64,000 nucleotides of DNA from Saccostrea echinata (Eukaryota), in the NCBI RefSeq assembly GCF_033153115.1, contig NW_026889763.1:17360001-17424000 (forward strand), written 5' to 3'. The position numbers were made by a program, and so were the translations under genes. The notes beneath the pieces are model-generated. The model searched no databases and was not told the DNA's origin. It saw nothing but the letters and a program-made list of their open reading frames with translations. Position 1 is the first letter of the stretch. Every line of letters begins with the position of its first letter. Shown here one piece after another: positions 40,401 to 53,416 of this stretch.

Positions 40401-42633
40401 TGATAGAACTCAGTGTATGTTCTTGAGCATCAAATAAACACCATATGCAGGTGACAGCAGAATTTTATTGCACAAATTCTGAAAGTTGACGATGGAAAAG
40501 CTGGTCATCTCGTTTGTCAAACAATTTACAGTATGTAGTTGTTAGTAGGCCCTTATCGTCTATAGTCAGTAAAACGTCCAAATATGAAGAAGATGTAACA
40601 TACTAAATCATGCAGTACTGCCAAATGGACTAGATGAAGGAAATTTACAAATAAAAACATCTGCTTTTTTCATTTGTTGGGATTATTAAGGATACCGGGT
40701 ATCCGATCCTCAGATAGGAACGATAACTCTTAAATCTATTATTTAGTTTAAAAAGTCTTCAAATGTTCGTTGAAGTCTTAGAAATGATATTATAAAAAGT
40801 TGACATTGTATCCCACAAAAGTACAAAAATAATTTATTTTCAGAGAAATCAAATTTCCTCTAATCTAGCCTTAGATCCCAAGTCTTATAAAAATGATATG
40901 AAATTAGAAGCGATCTGGGATGTCTTGCAATGATAACACAAAATTTTTACACTATGTATTTTTTAACAATTGAAGTAAACAGAAGAACTTAAATACTGTA
41001 TAAGTGTGCAAAACATGCAATTTTTTCCAAATGCCCTGATACCTATAATTTTGAATCCAAAAATATATTTGTTGATCAGTTTTCAATAAGAAAATCCATA
41101 GCTGGTGGTTTAATTCACATTTACTGAAAATATATTTGAGATTTGATAATTTTTCCTATATAATATGATTAACTTTACTGAGGAAATTTGAAGAAATACC
41201 ATGGATAAATACACGTTATTCTGTGAAATTCCAGACATTTTTGTGAGCTTTTTCAATTACTGAAAAGCTGATTTTCAGAACTTAAGGATCGGACTACCTT
41301 AAAGCAAAAACTTGGGGAAAATACCTGCTTTTTAGCATTGGGAATGGGGTATGTAAAAAATTCACTGCAGGCCTCTCGGCCTCTTTTGATTTACCTTACT
41401 GGTCACCCCCAAATTTTACTGGCCTTGGGCCTCGGATCTGTGGCTTATGGTAAAGTATTTATTTATTTATTCAAAATTTACATTCCACTGTAATAATACT
41501 TCAAGCCCCAGGTTATTCCAAGTTTTGAAATTAATGCAACGGATATTTTCAAAAATCTTCTTCCTTACTTCTGAATATTTATCAGATAAACTCTGGTCGA
41601 ATGATTACCATAGTTTCCCACTGAAAAATGATCAATCGTAAAGAGACGGGGCTTTTCCCTGGAAGAATTTTTACATCCGTTTTTTTAAAACTGTTATTGA
41701 GCTCATCATTTAGGACATTCTACTTGCAAATTAAGATTTTTTAGTCTTTAAGGTATTTATTTTGTACGTATATACATGTACTTAGAATATTTGTTGTTCC
41801 AGTACTTTTTTTCTTTTTTCAGGAGTGGCATCTTCTTTGCTTGAACTTTTTTTTATACTCAGGTGTCAAATTTTCATTATCAAGGACACAGGGTGTTAAT
41901 CAATACGTCTTTCTTGGACAGAAATTTCCAACAATAAAGGATAAATATTCGATCAGGAATTTATAGGGGATCCATTGGGAACTAAAATCGCAAGGCTGAG
42001 TCCAATATTTCTGTCAATATAAATGCCTGTGGGTGTTTTAGCATTAATTTATTTCAATGTAGTTAGTTTTAGCAGTAGTAAATAATTATGTAAATTATTT
42101 TAAAATCTCTGATACAGAAAAGTAAATTTTCAAATCCCCTTTACACAAATGTTTATCACTTGCCTGCATGTTTACCGAGAGTTGAGACACAATCAATACC
42201 TTATGTTCTAAGACAATTCAAAATAATTGTTACTTTTCAAATACGTTCGTACTCTATTCAGTTTAATTCATACAACCTGACAAACTTTTTTTTTCACATT
42301 GTAACATTATGAACATCTTTTTGTATATATAATTGACGTCCCAAGGTCACTTGTCCATACGCCAGTATTTGTGCATCATTTTATAAATTGTAATTACATT
42401 TTCTTACCTGGCACTGAATTCATTTCTCCAGTCTGACAGAATTTCAACAAACAATATGACATCTCCCATAATCCTGCGTTTGATTTTATTTCGTTATTTA
42501 GAAATTGCTGCTTCTGAGTAACCCAGTAATTACTGGAGAACCCAATGATATACAGTAAAGTCTGCAGAGGGACCAGCACCATGCAGATCTTCAGAAAGAT
42601 GGTCGACGAGGAAAAAGTCTCTGCGACAGACAT
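28461..42633 (-). CDS. Claudin/PMP22/EMP-superfamily tetraspan membrane protein (copy B, about 219 aa, 3 coding exons)
   Basis: Exons 42633-42408, 29329-29180 and 28744-28461 join in frame with GT-AG phase-1 introns. W...GLW...C...C extracellular signature (NYWV...NAGLWEMSYCLLKFC), PDWLHVTR, four hydrophobic segments, GWAYGL before TM4. An upstream in-frame start near 42700 is possible. Confidence 0.8.
29616..32551. mobile_element. 2.9-kb non-autonomous TIR element (Kolobok-like) with nested insertions
   Basis: TIRs agggggagtttcgataagac / gtcttatcgaaactccccct; flanks ATAA and TTAG resemble a decayed TTAA. Confidence 0.65.
31260..31836. mobile_element. Nested MITE-like element with subterminal tctggcggccgccagata repeats
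   Basis: Inverted ends aaaatattttatctggcggc / gccggcagataaaatatttt. Confidence 0.55.
33167..33380 (+). repeat. Split direct repeat A1
   Basis: aataatcagatttatccc...cagacgaaatc, repeated at 37793-38006. Confidence 0.95.
33397..34062 (+). CDS. Gag-like ORF1 of the Ngaro element (221 aa, possibly 5'-truncated)
   Basis: Motifs KIWNNEYIDL, ISEWTDSFLIY and GWRDYDIQFR, plus C-terminal Cys/His fingers (CYDFNLKGSCLKKDCRFSHSCLKCGKNHPSINC), typical of DIRS/Ngaro ORF1; immediately upstream of RT. Confidence 0.85.
   Translation: MANIPLTTQEKIWNNEYIDLARLLHLDPAAEIQQLLVFEDGEIKIKNKSKDRKIANISEWTDSFLIYAAIYLKKFPQHIQGIIKYISSIRLGASRSTTLGWRDYDIQFRLRRSKNSMISWENIDAELWLIYMGQAAVAERKPTSNLHQHKRCYDFNLKGSCLKKDCRFSHSCLKCGKNHPSINCYSNQTSHSTSKGATHNVGRQNINPNVTQSRFSRPFRQ
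34121..35683 (+). CDS. Reverse transcriptase / RNase H of the Ngaro element
   Basis: RT motifs GVLPKK..WRLITNLS, KMDISNAFR, CLPMG and HYLDDF; RNase H acidic residues YSDSS, FLEF, VDN and IADSISR. The frame is open from 34028 and overlaps the end of gag; the ORF-track start is TTG, so the true start is uncertain. Confidence 0.96.
   Translation: MLQDYPEKTEANQLLHGFTFGFSLNYEGPRDPVSCKNMVSALEHKDELLAKLNKEIDLGRIMGPFDAPPFQNFHCNPIGVLPKKQGGWRLITNLSAPHGKSINEFINPEICSVNYSSFDQAVSMVQKLGTNAQLGKMDISNAFRLLPIRPEDFSLLGFKFLDKYYVDKCLPMGCAISCALFEKFSSFLQWVVEYNTNLKNIVHYLDDFLFAGAHGTNNCKYMMDSFQNICKRLGVPLSEEKTEGPTTYIVFLGLGIDSVNQSIFIPKDKVESLQKEILEIQGKSKITLRQLQSLAGSLAFITKALPAGRAFTCRLYGLMSGVSKPHHFVRLSKEIHSDLQMWLTFLDEFNGTTKFPELEWESDKNVQFYSDSSGSVGCGVVFGTSWSYLCWPQEWNVDIRKDITFLEFVPIVLGFYLWSDKLQNKKLILHVDNIALVEILNRKTSKNKRVMILMRELVLLSLKFNIQFKAVHVRGCINEIADSISRLQWNRFRQLAPWADCHPYQVPIQFWNLLKGMSII
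35611..36561 (+). CDS. Tyrosine recombinase (phage-integrase family) of the Ngaro element
   Basis: Catalytic set: R (LLRISE), K (SKTDQ), HxxR (HSFRIG), GRW and Y (YKHY). Overlaps the RNase H end in another frame; first ATG at 35611 (ORF track starts at GTG 35584). Confidence 0.96.
   Translation: MGRLPSLSSTYSILEPFEGHVNHLIEASLSNNTKIAYDKAMVVFNDFRLQFNLPLSWPPPVDHVINFEAFLASKNLSHSTANVYLSALSHSLQVHGLDNPVKSFIVQKMLTGLRRSKPTKDIRSPVTYQLLLKILDVLPMVTHSKYEHFLFGSTFATAFFGLLRISEMAVALNKSRRNVLHLSDLQLSNENIKLKLRFSKTDQSGKGLVITISKSVESTVCFNLLETFLQFRSLVDGPLFCHINGTPLSAYQFSSVLHKALRFLGIETKTFKTHSFRIGAATHMYLSGISEQEIQRKGRWVSDAYKHYLRPELITF
36701..37312 (+). CDS. SGNH/GDSL-like hydrolase (esterase) ORF of the Ngaro element
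   Basis: Block I IWIVGSSL, block II WKGIPG, block III IHVGGND, block V DGVHL; lies between YR and repeat B1; no in-frame ATG before block I. Confidence 0.85.
   Translation: MFINLVDSIWIVGSSLIKRAEQFSLSSPEFGTDLSLPGVKVLWKGIPGLSFAKFSEVISDLSSTKPHPRFLVIHVGGNDIAKLNNPLRRQQKFMKTVINKLSLVMPLTCIVWSHILPRVYWRHSISNVAAEKSRSRIKSSIASFVLKSGGASIKYPDISIVQSKLFLNDGVHLSPLGNYVFLSTMQAALRQFCSGNGFVYPSK
37465..37798 (+). repeat. Split direct repeat B1
   Basis: gcgcaattttgacaag...tttcgaaataat, repeated at 38190-38523. Confidence 0.95.
37793..38006 (+). repeat. Split direct repeat A2 (overlaps B1 by AATAAT)
   Basis: Copy of 33167-33380. Confidence 0.95.
38190..38523 (+). repeat. Split direct repeat B2
   Basis: Copy of 37465-37798. 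Confidence 0.95.
40020..40560 (-). mobile_element. Penelope-like 3' fragment
   Basis: Reverse complement of the 45.55-45.99 kb region, including gaggtgggatcaggtg..ggaggagtaagcatcc. Confidence 0.7.
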
Positions 42634-43074
42634 TTTTGCTACAAGCAATCGGCAACTACCTTTGTTGTGTGCTTTCGTTAATTCGCCTAGGCAATTCATC
42701 ACAATTTTTTATATAGAATTATGCAAATGTTCCCTAGAAAGCACACACATGATGAATTGTATTAATCAATCCCATAAAATAAATAAGCGATAAACAACAG
42801 ATTGCAAAACAGCAAATTAAGAATTAAGGAATTTATATTTCGTTATACATGTATATAATTAATGTTCGTTGTTAGTTTTACGCGCTTGCATGTTATGGTT
42901 TCAGCACTCCTTATCGATGCATAGTTTTCTTCATATTAAGAATGCATCTATGTTGAAATTATGATAATTCTTTGCAACACCCACAGTGATGTAATACTGA
43001 TTTTTTTTAAAAATACTTCTTTATGAAATACCAGAAATATATCTGAACGCACCTATAAGAAAACTGAGGAAAAA

Positions 43075-43330
43075 ATTGAAGATAACGAACAGCAACAATG
43101 CCCAAAAATCCATTTAAACAATACAAATTTTGAGCGGAGTCAACACGGATATGAGGTGGGATCAGGTGCCATGGAGGAGTAAGCAACCCCTGACTACCTG
43201 CCCATGCACCTGCCGTGTGTCCTTGTCATGATCCGGTTAATGGAAAATTCCGTAGATAATTTAGTTTGAAAATAATGACCTAACAATGTATGAAATACAT
43301 CAGTCAATATTCAACCTAATCAAATGGTAT
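43075..43330 (-). mobile_element. Penelope-like 3' fragment upstream of claudin-like copy B
   Basis: Same motif, at the position equivalent to 27250-27560. Confidence 0.65.
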
Positions 43331-44006
43331 TTGCAGTAAACTTGATGATTATCGCTTCTATAAAGTTTCAAAGATTGTGAAAGACATCTGCAAGAACTCT
43401 TGAGGACAGAATTACGTGGAAGAAAAAGAAATAAAGCGCTGAACAATGACATTGTATTCATTCAACTTCGTTCTGGGTGACATAAAACAGCCATTCTATA
43501 AAAACATGCCCAATTAAGAATTTTTTTATGTCGCTTACAAATTTACCTTTGTAATATCTTGACTATAATTTTAAAGATCGATTTCAACTTAAAGACTTCA
43601 CATACACACATGATGTTGTAAATATTTACCGATACATGTATATATGCAGTTAAAGTTTTGATATGAACACAATGTAATGCTGAAAAACGTATTCCACTGT
43701 AAATCTAAATGTCGCTCCATTCATTTACAAATTTCAAGATGAAATTTTCAGCTGTATAAGCGTTTCGAATAGATTGCAATGAATTTTGAAAAACTTTTTT
43801 TTTCCTACATAAAAAGAAAACAAACCACTTCTTGCAAAGAAATGCATGGATCTTATTTCATACGAAATCATGACGTCGCTGAAAATCATTTAACTTCCGT
43901 AACGATTTTGTTTTAAATTGCACGCCTAGAATGCAGATTTCAAAAAGAACTGAAACTTATCTAAAAGTGACCGTGGGACTTACTATTATCGATTCTAGTT
44001 GCGAGT

Positions 44007-44231
44007 CAGTAGCCTTTTTCACAAAAATTCTTACGAGTAAGATTAAAATTTTACAACTCTGTAATTTCTTTGTTTAATAAAGAAAATTATTTTTTCAGAA
44101 GAATAATTCTCAATATACTGTAATGTAATAGAAATATAAGATTTTTTGTAACATACTTCAATTTAGGTACATGCAGAAGAATTGGAAAATTTTAATCTTA
44201 GTCCTAAGATTTTTTGTGAAAAGGGCTACAG
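44007..44231. mobile_element. MITE with ~44-bp inverted termini
   Basis: gtagcctttttcacaaaaattctta.ga.taagattaaaatttt / aaaattttaatcttagtcctaagattttttgtgaaaagggctac. Confidence 0.65.
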
Positions 44232-45100
44232 CTATTTTAGACCATTACATTTTCAACATAACAAATAAATTAGACAAAAACAGTTGTCTCTCTTAAAAAT
44301 TTAACTTCCGTAACGGTAATTCAGGAATTTTAATGCAGGTATAATTTTTTTTATTATTTTGGAAGCGAAATGCTTCATACTTTTGATTAACATCTTAAAA
44401 CAAACGTTAATTTTAAATATTGCCGAGAATTTTAACTTTCATTGCTGGAAATTAACTTCTGTAACGATATAATTTCCCGAAATTTTAATTTAATTTCGGA
44501 TTCATGCAAGACTTCATGAATCAAACTTTAGTGTTCTATACTGAACATCAGAAAATAAAAAATTGGTCGAATTAACTTTATTTTAAAAAAAATAATAAGA
44601 CTTGTTCAAGCATGTACTTCCGTAACATTACCTTAAAATCAATGGTATATTGAAATTGTTGTAAAAAGTTAATGATTGCAGTTTTGTGGACAATTTTTTT
44701 TAAGTTCACTGATATGTCCTTTAGAGAATTATAATGTTGATTTTGCTACTTGAAACAACTATATTTTTTTTATGTTTTATACCCTGAATTGGTCCTTTTA
44801 TCGTAGAATGACTGAAAAGCAATTTGAAATCAAATCAGGTTTGGCAGTCATCCCGGATGCTATATACGACTATTCCCGATAGGTATTAGATTGATGATCT
44901 TTGACATTGTAAATGTGATGCATGTAAATTAAAGGTGGGTTTGATTTCTCTAGGAAGAATAATCTGTGCCTCGGGAGAGGCCCTCACCGGATCCGTAGGA
45001 CATTTATCTTTTTCACGAACATTCCATCTATTTCTGTACAAGGAAAAATGGATCTCGTAGATTTACGTACCTTTCCATTGGTCATCTGCAAAATTATTTT

Positions 45101-45180
45101 GTTAAAAACATTCTGATTGTACACACAAATACTCAGAAGTTGAATGATATTACAAAAATGCTTGAGTTTCTCGTTGACAA

Positions 45181-45231
<51 letters not shown>

Positions 45232-45988
45232 ATCAAGCCTTCTAACAATCTGATGGAATTCCCATAGGTTCTAATTGCACCCGTTATAAGTAGACATACG
45301 AAGCAGAATTTATTATTATTTTTTTTAACTTTAACATAAAAAGAAGTCTCTTGCTTGTGGCCTTCAATTCGACATTTAGATATATCGACGACGTTTTATC
45401 AATTAATTAACAATACATGCATTCATCTTCATTCATATTTTGATTCGAAATATCCCTTTGAACTCGAAATAAAAGACACCACAGAGTCTGACACATCTGT
45501 TTTATATCTGGATGTTTTACTAGAAAAAGACATTAATTGCAAACTAACAACTAAACTTTATGATAAAAGTGATGACCTCAACCTCAACTTTTCTATCATG
45601 AACAATTTCTAAAACGAGGCAGGCTACTGATAAATAAGTGTGGTATAAGGATATCAACAGTCTCGTTTAAAGTCAACATTTTGCATATTCTATGATCGAT
45701 ATATACAATGACCTTGTTAACAAATTACAATCTGCCGTTAAACTGCCGTTTTTTATACAAATTGTTGGGTCATTATATTCACACTGATTTATCTAAAGAT
45801 TTTTCCGTTTGCCCTGTAATGACAATGAGCACACGGCGTGTGTGACGTACCGGTCGACAGGGGATGCTTTTTCCTTTATGGCACCTGATTCCACCTCTGA
45901 TGTCTTTAGAGGTCCGTGATTGCTCTGCTGCCTATCTGTTTTTGTTCCAACGGACTTTTGAGCTTGATTACTGTTCGTTATCTTCATA
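45101..45988 (+). mobile_element. Decayed Penelope-like retroelement (RT C-terminal half plus 3' end)
   Basis: Frameshifted RT motifs MLEFLVDNIY, GIPIGSNC, FRYIDDV (45378-45395), YPFELEIKDTTES..YLD and LYDK.DD; interrupted by (TG)n at about 45188-45229. Confidence 0.82.
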
Positions 45989-46114
45989 TTTATTGGAAAA
46001 AATTTGAAATATTTTTTCTGTATCTGACACACACACACAAAAAATGTATTTTTAAAACGATGATAAAAATTTTACAATTTATAGAGAGAAACAGGGCTGC
46101 GTAACACTTCCACA

Positions 46115-46176
46115 TGTTTCTGTAATAAATTTTTGACCCATATTATACTATGGGTCAAAAATTTATTACAGAAACA
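46115..46176. repeat. Perfect 28-bp inverted repeat with a 6-nt loop
   Basis: tgtttctgtaataaatttttgacccata-ttatac-tatgggtcaaaaatttattacagaaaca. Confidence 0.92.
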
Positions 46177-47181
46177 AGTGCCTGTGTTGCGTAATAATAA
46201 AATTTCAATTGTATCCTATTATCCTTTTTTTCTCTACATCAATGATTTTGCTTCTTCTTTTTTTTGTGCAGATAAACATGATAAAGTTTAAAAAATACAT
46301 TTATTAAATAAATAAATAAATAAATAAAATAAGATAAAATCAAATAAATAAATAAAGAAAGAAAGAAAAGAAAGAAATGTTTTTTTCCGGATTGGATTAG
46401 ATCTGTACCGTAGTGCAGTTTGTGTATTACAAATTCAATATGGTGGCGTTTGGGGTGTAAACAAAAACTGAAAATAGGAAACGACAACATCAGATGATTT
46501 CCATGAATGTTAGTTATCCATATATGCAGAGTATGACAGTAAAAAGAGTTCATATAAAGCACTGATTGATCATGAGTTCATTGAAATCCATTTATGTTTA
46601 AAAAAAAAAAAAGAAGCCCTATACATCCTTGGTGAAACAGGACTTGTAATAGATTTTTTGTTTGGAAAATAATTACAAATAATTTACTTCCTGCGATCAG
46701 AGGGTTACGTAAATAAAGCTGAATAATTGTGTATTTTTACTCAATATTTGCAATCACTTTTTAAATGCGTATAAATCGGATATTTTACCGTGAAACAGTT
46801 AAAATATTGCAATTAATTAGCATATTTTTATTTGTAATTCTATCGTGTCTATTAAACAATATTTTTACAGTATATTCATAAATTGTCCCTCTAATCATGC
46901 AAATGATTGTCCAATGTGCATTAAATATGTTCACATACAAAAGTAAATTGAAGTGCATAAATGTTTTGCAAATCCTAAGGTTGTAAATTAAACATGGTAA
47001 AGAACAAAGATCTAAAGAAAAACTCTGAACCAATCCATAGCTTTTTTTCTTCATGTTCAGTATATCAAAGATAGAAATTGCAACTCTGTCATTAGCATAT
47101 ATATGAACCAGATCCAGCATTATTCTTAAAACTACTCTTTATTCAATACTTTATACTTCAATCTCATTTGATATTTACATA

Positions 47182-47939
47182 CGGTCCTACTAAACAGAGT
47201 ACGCTAGAGTACGATAGAGTACGCTGGTAAAATTTTATAATTCAATGCAAATAAACTGCTTTTTGTATGTGTTTCTACTTTAAATTAGTTTAATATATTA
47301 AATATATATCTTGAATAATATGTGTATGTTTTCATTATTTTAGTAGTTATTTCGATTTATCATTTCAGTTTGATCCCGATCTAATAATAGAACATTTTAC
47401 TTCTATGTGCACCAAAATAATGGCTCATTCTCTTGTCTTTTTTAAGTTTAAATTTGTTTGAGGGTACACTTTACATAGGTATTTTTCATTGAAGTAACTT
47501 ACATGTACATTATTATTTATTTGATATTGAAATTAAATTCATTTATAAATTATTAGTAAAACTATTTTTTGAGTTAACTTGTATTATTATTATTTTTTTG
47601 TGATACTGATTTCGAGAATATTTATGTAAAAAACAAGTAAATCTCTGAATAAATTGAATTATATTCAGAGAAAGTAGTCATCGATGTAATATGTCGCTCA
47701 ATATTTTATCGAAAACAAATAATAATTGGGATCAGGATGCCATCTTCAATTTTTTGGTGAAAATATCACTAAAAAACAAAATTTTGAGACAAATATTGCA
47801 ATATTATTTTATAGTAATGTTTAGTTAAGCTGTATGCATGTATATAAATAAACAATCTAATTGCATTAAATTATTAAATTTTACCAGCGTACTCTAAAGT
47901 ACTCTGTTGTACTCTACCGTACTCTGTTTAGTAGTACCC
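47182..47939. mobile_element. Mutator-like (MULE) MITE
   Basis: Inverted termini ..tactaaacagagtac with 11-bp agagtacg sub-repeats; 9-bp flanks ATTTACATA / ATTTACTTA. Confidence 0.75.
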
Positions 47940-48418
47940 ATTTACTTATGTTAAAGTTCAATTTTAGGTTTAATTTAAATCAATTCTTTTACATATGAAT
48001 GCTAGATTCATATTATTCATAAACAAAAGCAAAATAGGCAAACTAATCAAAACCTGGCAAATTCTTGGGCTAAAAATGGCTGCCCTGATGGGTCTACTGT
48101 TGCCTTTAACACCTCCTTTGCTATTGTAAATGAAGACTATGAAAATATAACAATCTAAATAATTTATTGATCTAAGGCTTTTAAAGGTTTTATTTTGTTG
48201 ATCTTGATATTTTTTTGATGTACATGATTTAAACTTTTCAAAAATACTAAACGGTAAACAATAGGGCCCACAAGATACGGCAACATTTTGAGCAGTTGAA
48301 AATCTTTTTTTTATATACATGTATATATGTACTACATGTTGTTTTATATACATAATTGTAAACATTTAATTTAAAATATAGTTTGAAATTAATATTTTTA
48401 TATAATCAATCATGATAA

Positions 48419-49873
<1,455 letters not shown>

Positions 49874-52113
49874 AATTATCTCATATAAAACTTAGTATAC
49901 TATGTACATGCTCTATCTCAGTGAGCATGGATATAGCATTATCTCAAACAAAACAGTATTCTTATAGAATAATATTTTAAGCTTTTTAAGGTCTGTTGAA
50001 ACAAAGCTTTGTTAGAGTATGCTTGACCATAGTAAAGTGTATCTGAAGACTTTCCTTGTATTAAGATAAATATCTTAATATTAAGATAAATTTGTGTTCT
50101 AAATGAAGGACATATTATAGTATTGGTATAAGACATTCCACACTTCTGTTTGTGTTCATATTCCGCCATGATTGTCAATTTTTTTTAAAGACATTTGTGT
50201 TCATTAATAGGTATGGACTATCAATTCCATCCCTTTTAGTCAATCTTTATTTTGAAAAGGCAAAGCATTTCATCTCTGTAACATTTACCAGTTTAATTGA
50301 GTCATTTTGAAATATACAATGACAATCATGTAGAAATGTAAATGTTTAAGGTTCATTGATACTCTGATAAGAGAGATAACTCTTAATGACATAAATGTCT
50401 ATTATTCCTTTGTAAATTTTTCCAGTTGAAATGTCTTTATTGCCCAAATTTGCCCTGCAAGCTATGCTATAATTGTTTGTATTTTACTTAACAAATACAT
50501 TTCTTTTGGAAAATCATAAGCGTTAAAGCAATATTTTATATGAGTGAGCAGAGGGTTTATGAACCTTAAAATGTTTACATGTAAATGTAAATGTCTGATT
50601 ATCCCACAAATTTTTGCGTTGTAAATGTCTTTATTTCAATAAAGTATTATATACTCGATAGGGAATGGAGATTGTTTATTTGATACATACATAATACATA
50701 GACATTTGTTTCATTGATTTTAAAACATATTTACCTGAATTATTACCATCAGCTTAAACAATATGCAGTGTATTCCTTTCCTGCTAATTATACATGTAAC
50801 ACTGATTTAACTGGATCTATGATGTTGAGATGCCCAGCTTTGTTGACATGCATCATACGTGTAACATGTAATGAACTGTTGAAGTTGCTTAGAGAATTAA
50901 AATATATGTATATAATTATCTAATGAATGAATTTTGAGTGGATCATTATAATGTATGGGAAAGACTGTATTAGTTTTCTGATATTCTTAATTAACAGTAA
51001 TTAATTAATTGTAACAGTCAATGAGGATGAAGAATAGATTGAGCACAAATTCCTCTCAGCCCCCCACCTCCCCTTCCATTTTTGTCGTAGGCAAGGTTAA
51101 AATTGTTGAAAATACAAAATTTTAAGAGTCCCTCCCCTCTATTCTTGAGAATCTTTCTGTTGTAAAGATGGTATCGTTTAATTCACTCATATGGAGAAAT
51201 GGTGTAGTTTTTCATGAGATTGATACCATCTGATTTATTTCTCATTAAAATTCAAAGGATTCTAGTTAAGTCAAAACTATTTTTTAAATTTTAAATTCTG
51301 AAATTAAAAGGTGAACTCCGTTCATTTTATACTTTCTTTAAACCTTTGTCAGAGTTATACAAGAGTCATTTTCTATGAACATTTGCAAATTTTTGTAGTT
51401 TTTTTCTCCAAAACCCATTACAGTTCCAGCAGGTGGCGTGGCAATGCGAATGAGCAAAATGGGCACCATTTAAATTTTTTTCAATATGTTGAACTACGAT
51501 TGAAATGCTTTTAACACCGAGATATACTGTATATATCTGCACTGTAAACTTGTCTCCTTTTCCTTGTACCCAGCATGTGTCAGTACGAAATGGCAGTCTG
51601 AGACATCTCTGATCAGTACACAATTTAATGGAAGAAGAAGATATATATTACAATAAGTCATATAATGGACTTCTATATGATAGGTTTATGGGTAATCCAA
51701 AGGCAAAATTGGGAAATCTGAGGCTAAAATCGAAGGAACTTTCTTATTCAAGATTTACAAAAAATATAATTGTTTGATTTGAATATTTTTGGCAAAATTT
51801 TATGCACACAGGTATATACCGGTAATACTTATGATACTAGTAATATACAGCTTAGCCTCGGGAAATGGACTTGCTTTTGGGGAACTGGAATCTTTCTGAC
51901 TCCCTCAGTGATATACTGTAACTGATTTATTATATCTATACAAAACTCTTAACTGCAATTCTATTTTATACGCGTAAATATTAGAGCAATGACTTGACTT
52001 CGGCAAAAAGTTGTATCGACTTATAAACGGGTTAATGGCAAAACTTAAAAAATATAACCGACTTAACAGGCGGACCGACGCTCGATAGAAGTATTAAAAC
52101 TTCGAGTGCTTAT

Positions 52114-52539
52114 TGGACTTTTGCGAGAAGCACTGACTTTTACACTCGACGACTTACTTTGACATTAAAACATGTGTCATGTACGGAGGTACGAAATTGA
52201 TATTAGATTAGAAAACCTTAATAGTGGTCATAGGTATGGTGTGAGATATAGTATTTCTATTTAATCTCATTTTATGAAGGAATCAAATAAGGAAGAAAAA
52301 AAAACATTCCAGAATGAAAACTTGGCAGTAGTTGGTGAAATGGGAAAGGAGGGAGGTAAGTACAGGGTGTTTATCCTTCCCCTCTCTAGAAAACGTAATA
52401 TGTGCTTTGAAATGCCCAATTAATATCATTTAATTAACTGTTAAGCTAAATATTTATATCGCAAGAAAGCTGCCGTATATTGTCCCAGTGTAAAAGTAAG
52501 CCGTCGATTGTAAAAGTCAGCGCTTCTCGCAAAAGTCCA
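52114..52539. mobile_element. MITE-like element with ~47-bp inverted termini
   Basis: tggacttttgcgagaagc.ctgacttttaca.tcgacg.cttacttt and its reverse complement at 52493-52539; TSD not clear. Confidence 0.65.
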
Positions 52540-52888
52540 CTACTTTCTCGAAAGACTGGTAAATTTTTAACATCCTGCATACTGTAGAAGACCAATTAAA
52601 ATTTTGAATTTTATTCAAGAAATTCCAAGTCCTTAACGTTACTGAAAAAAAAGATATAAAAAAAGATATACTTAGTTAAATAAATAAAACTCCGTCGTTC
52701 TTCAGAGGGCGCTAATACAATTGGAATATATTCAGCGTTCATCTATGGCTGATCATAACATAGGTGAGTATTGACGGCAACATATATACAGATATATGGT
52801 ATAAATATATATATGTCTGGTATTGATGACTCTCTGATATATATAACTAGGCGTCGGATTGAAAGTGGGTGGGGACTAAACCAACAAA

Positions 52889-53366
52889 AACAAGAGGCCA
52901 GTGGGTCACATCGCTCACCTAAGCACACATTGGCTAGGAAAAAGAGCACAAATCAGTTCAGTTTTGAAAAGTTTACATGGGTGGGGTGGGGTGGGGGTGG
53001 GGGGGGGGGCTTGAATTTAAAACTATCTGAGGATCGATGCTTCCATATCAATATAACAAATGACTTTGCTGTTCTTGAGCAGAAAATTTTAAGGACTTTT
53101 TTCATATACATTCCTTTGTAAAACATTGATCCCCCATTGTGGTCCCACCCCATGGCTCATCATTTGAACAAACTTGAATCTACACTATGTAAAGGTTTCC
53201 TACAAGTTTCGACCTTTTGGCCCAGTGAATTTTCAAAAACATGTCACCAAATTTTCACTATTTCTGAATTATCTCCCCTTGAAGGAGAAGGTTGAAATTG
53301 AAGTAGTTCTGGAGAAGAAGATGAAATTGTGAAAAGTTTACAACGACAACGACAGACAACGGACAT

Positions 53367-53403
<37 letters not shown>

Positions 53404-53416
53404 TGTGAGCTAAAAA
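52889..53416 (-). mobile_element. HINE-like element of the same family as 15612-16429
   Basis: aacaagaggcc..gggtcacatcgctcacct ... gagccttcggctcatgtgagct, with satellite-derived core. Confidence 0.78.
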
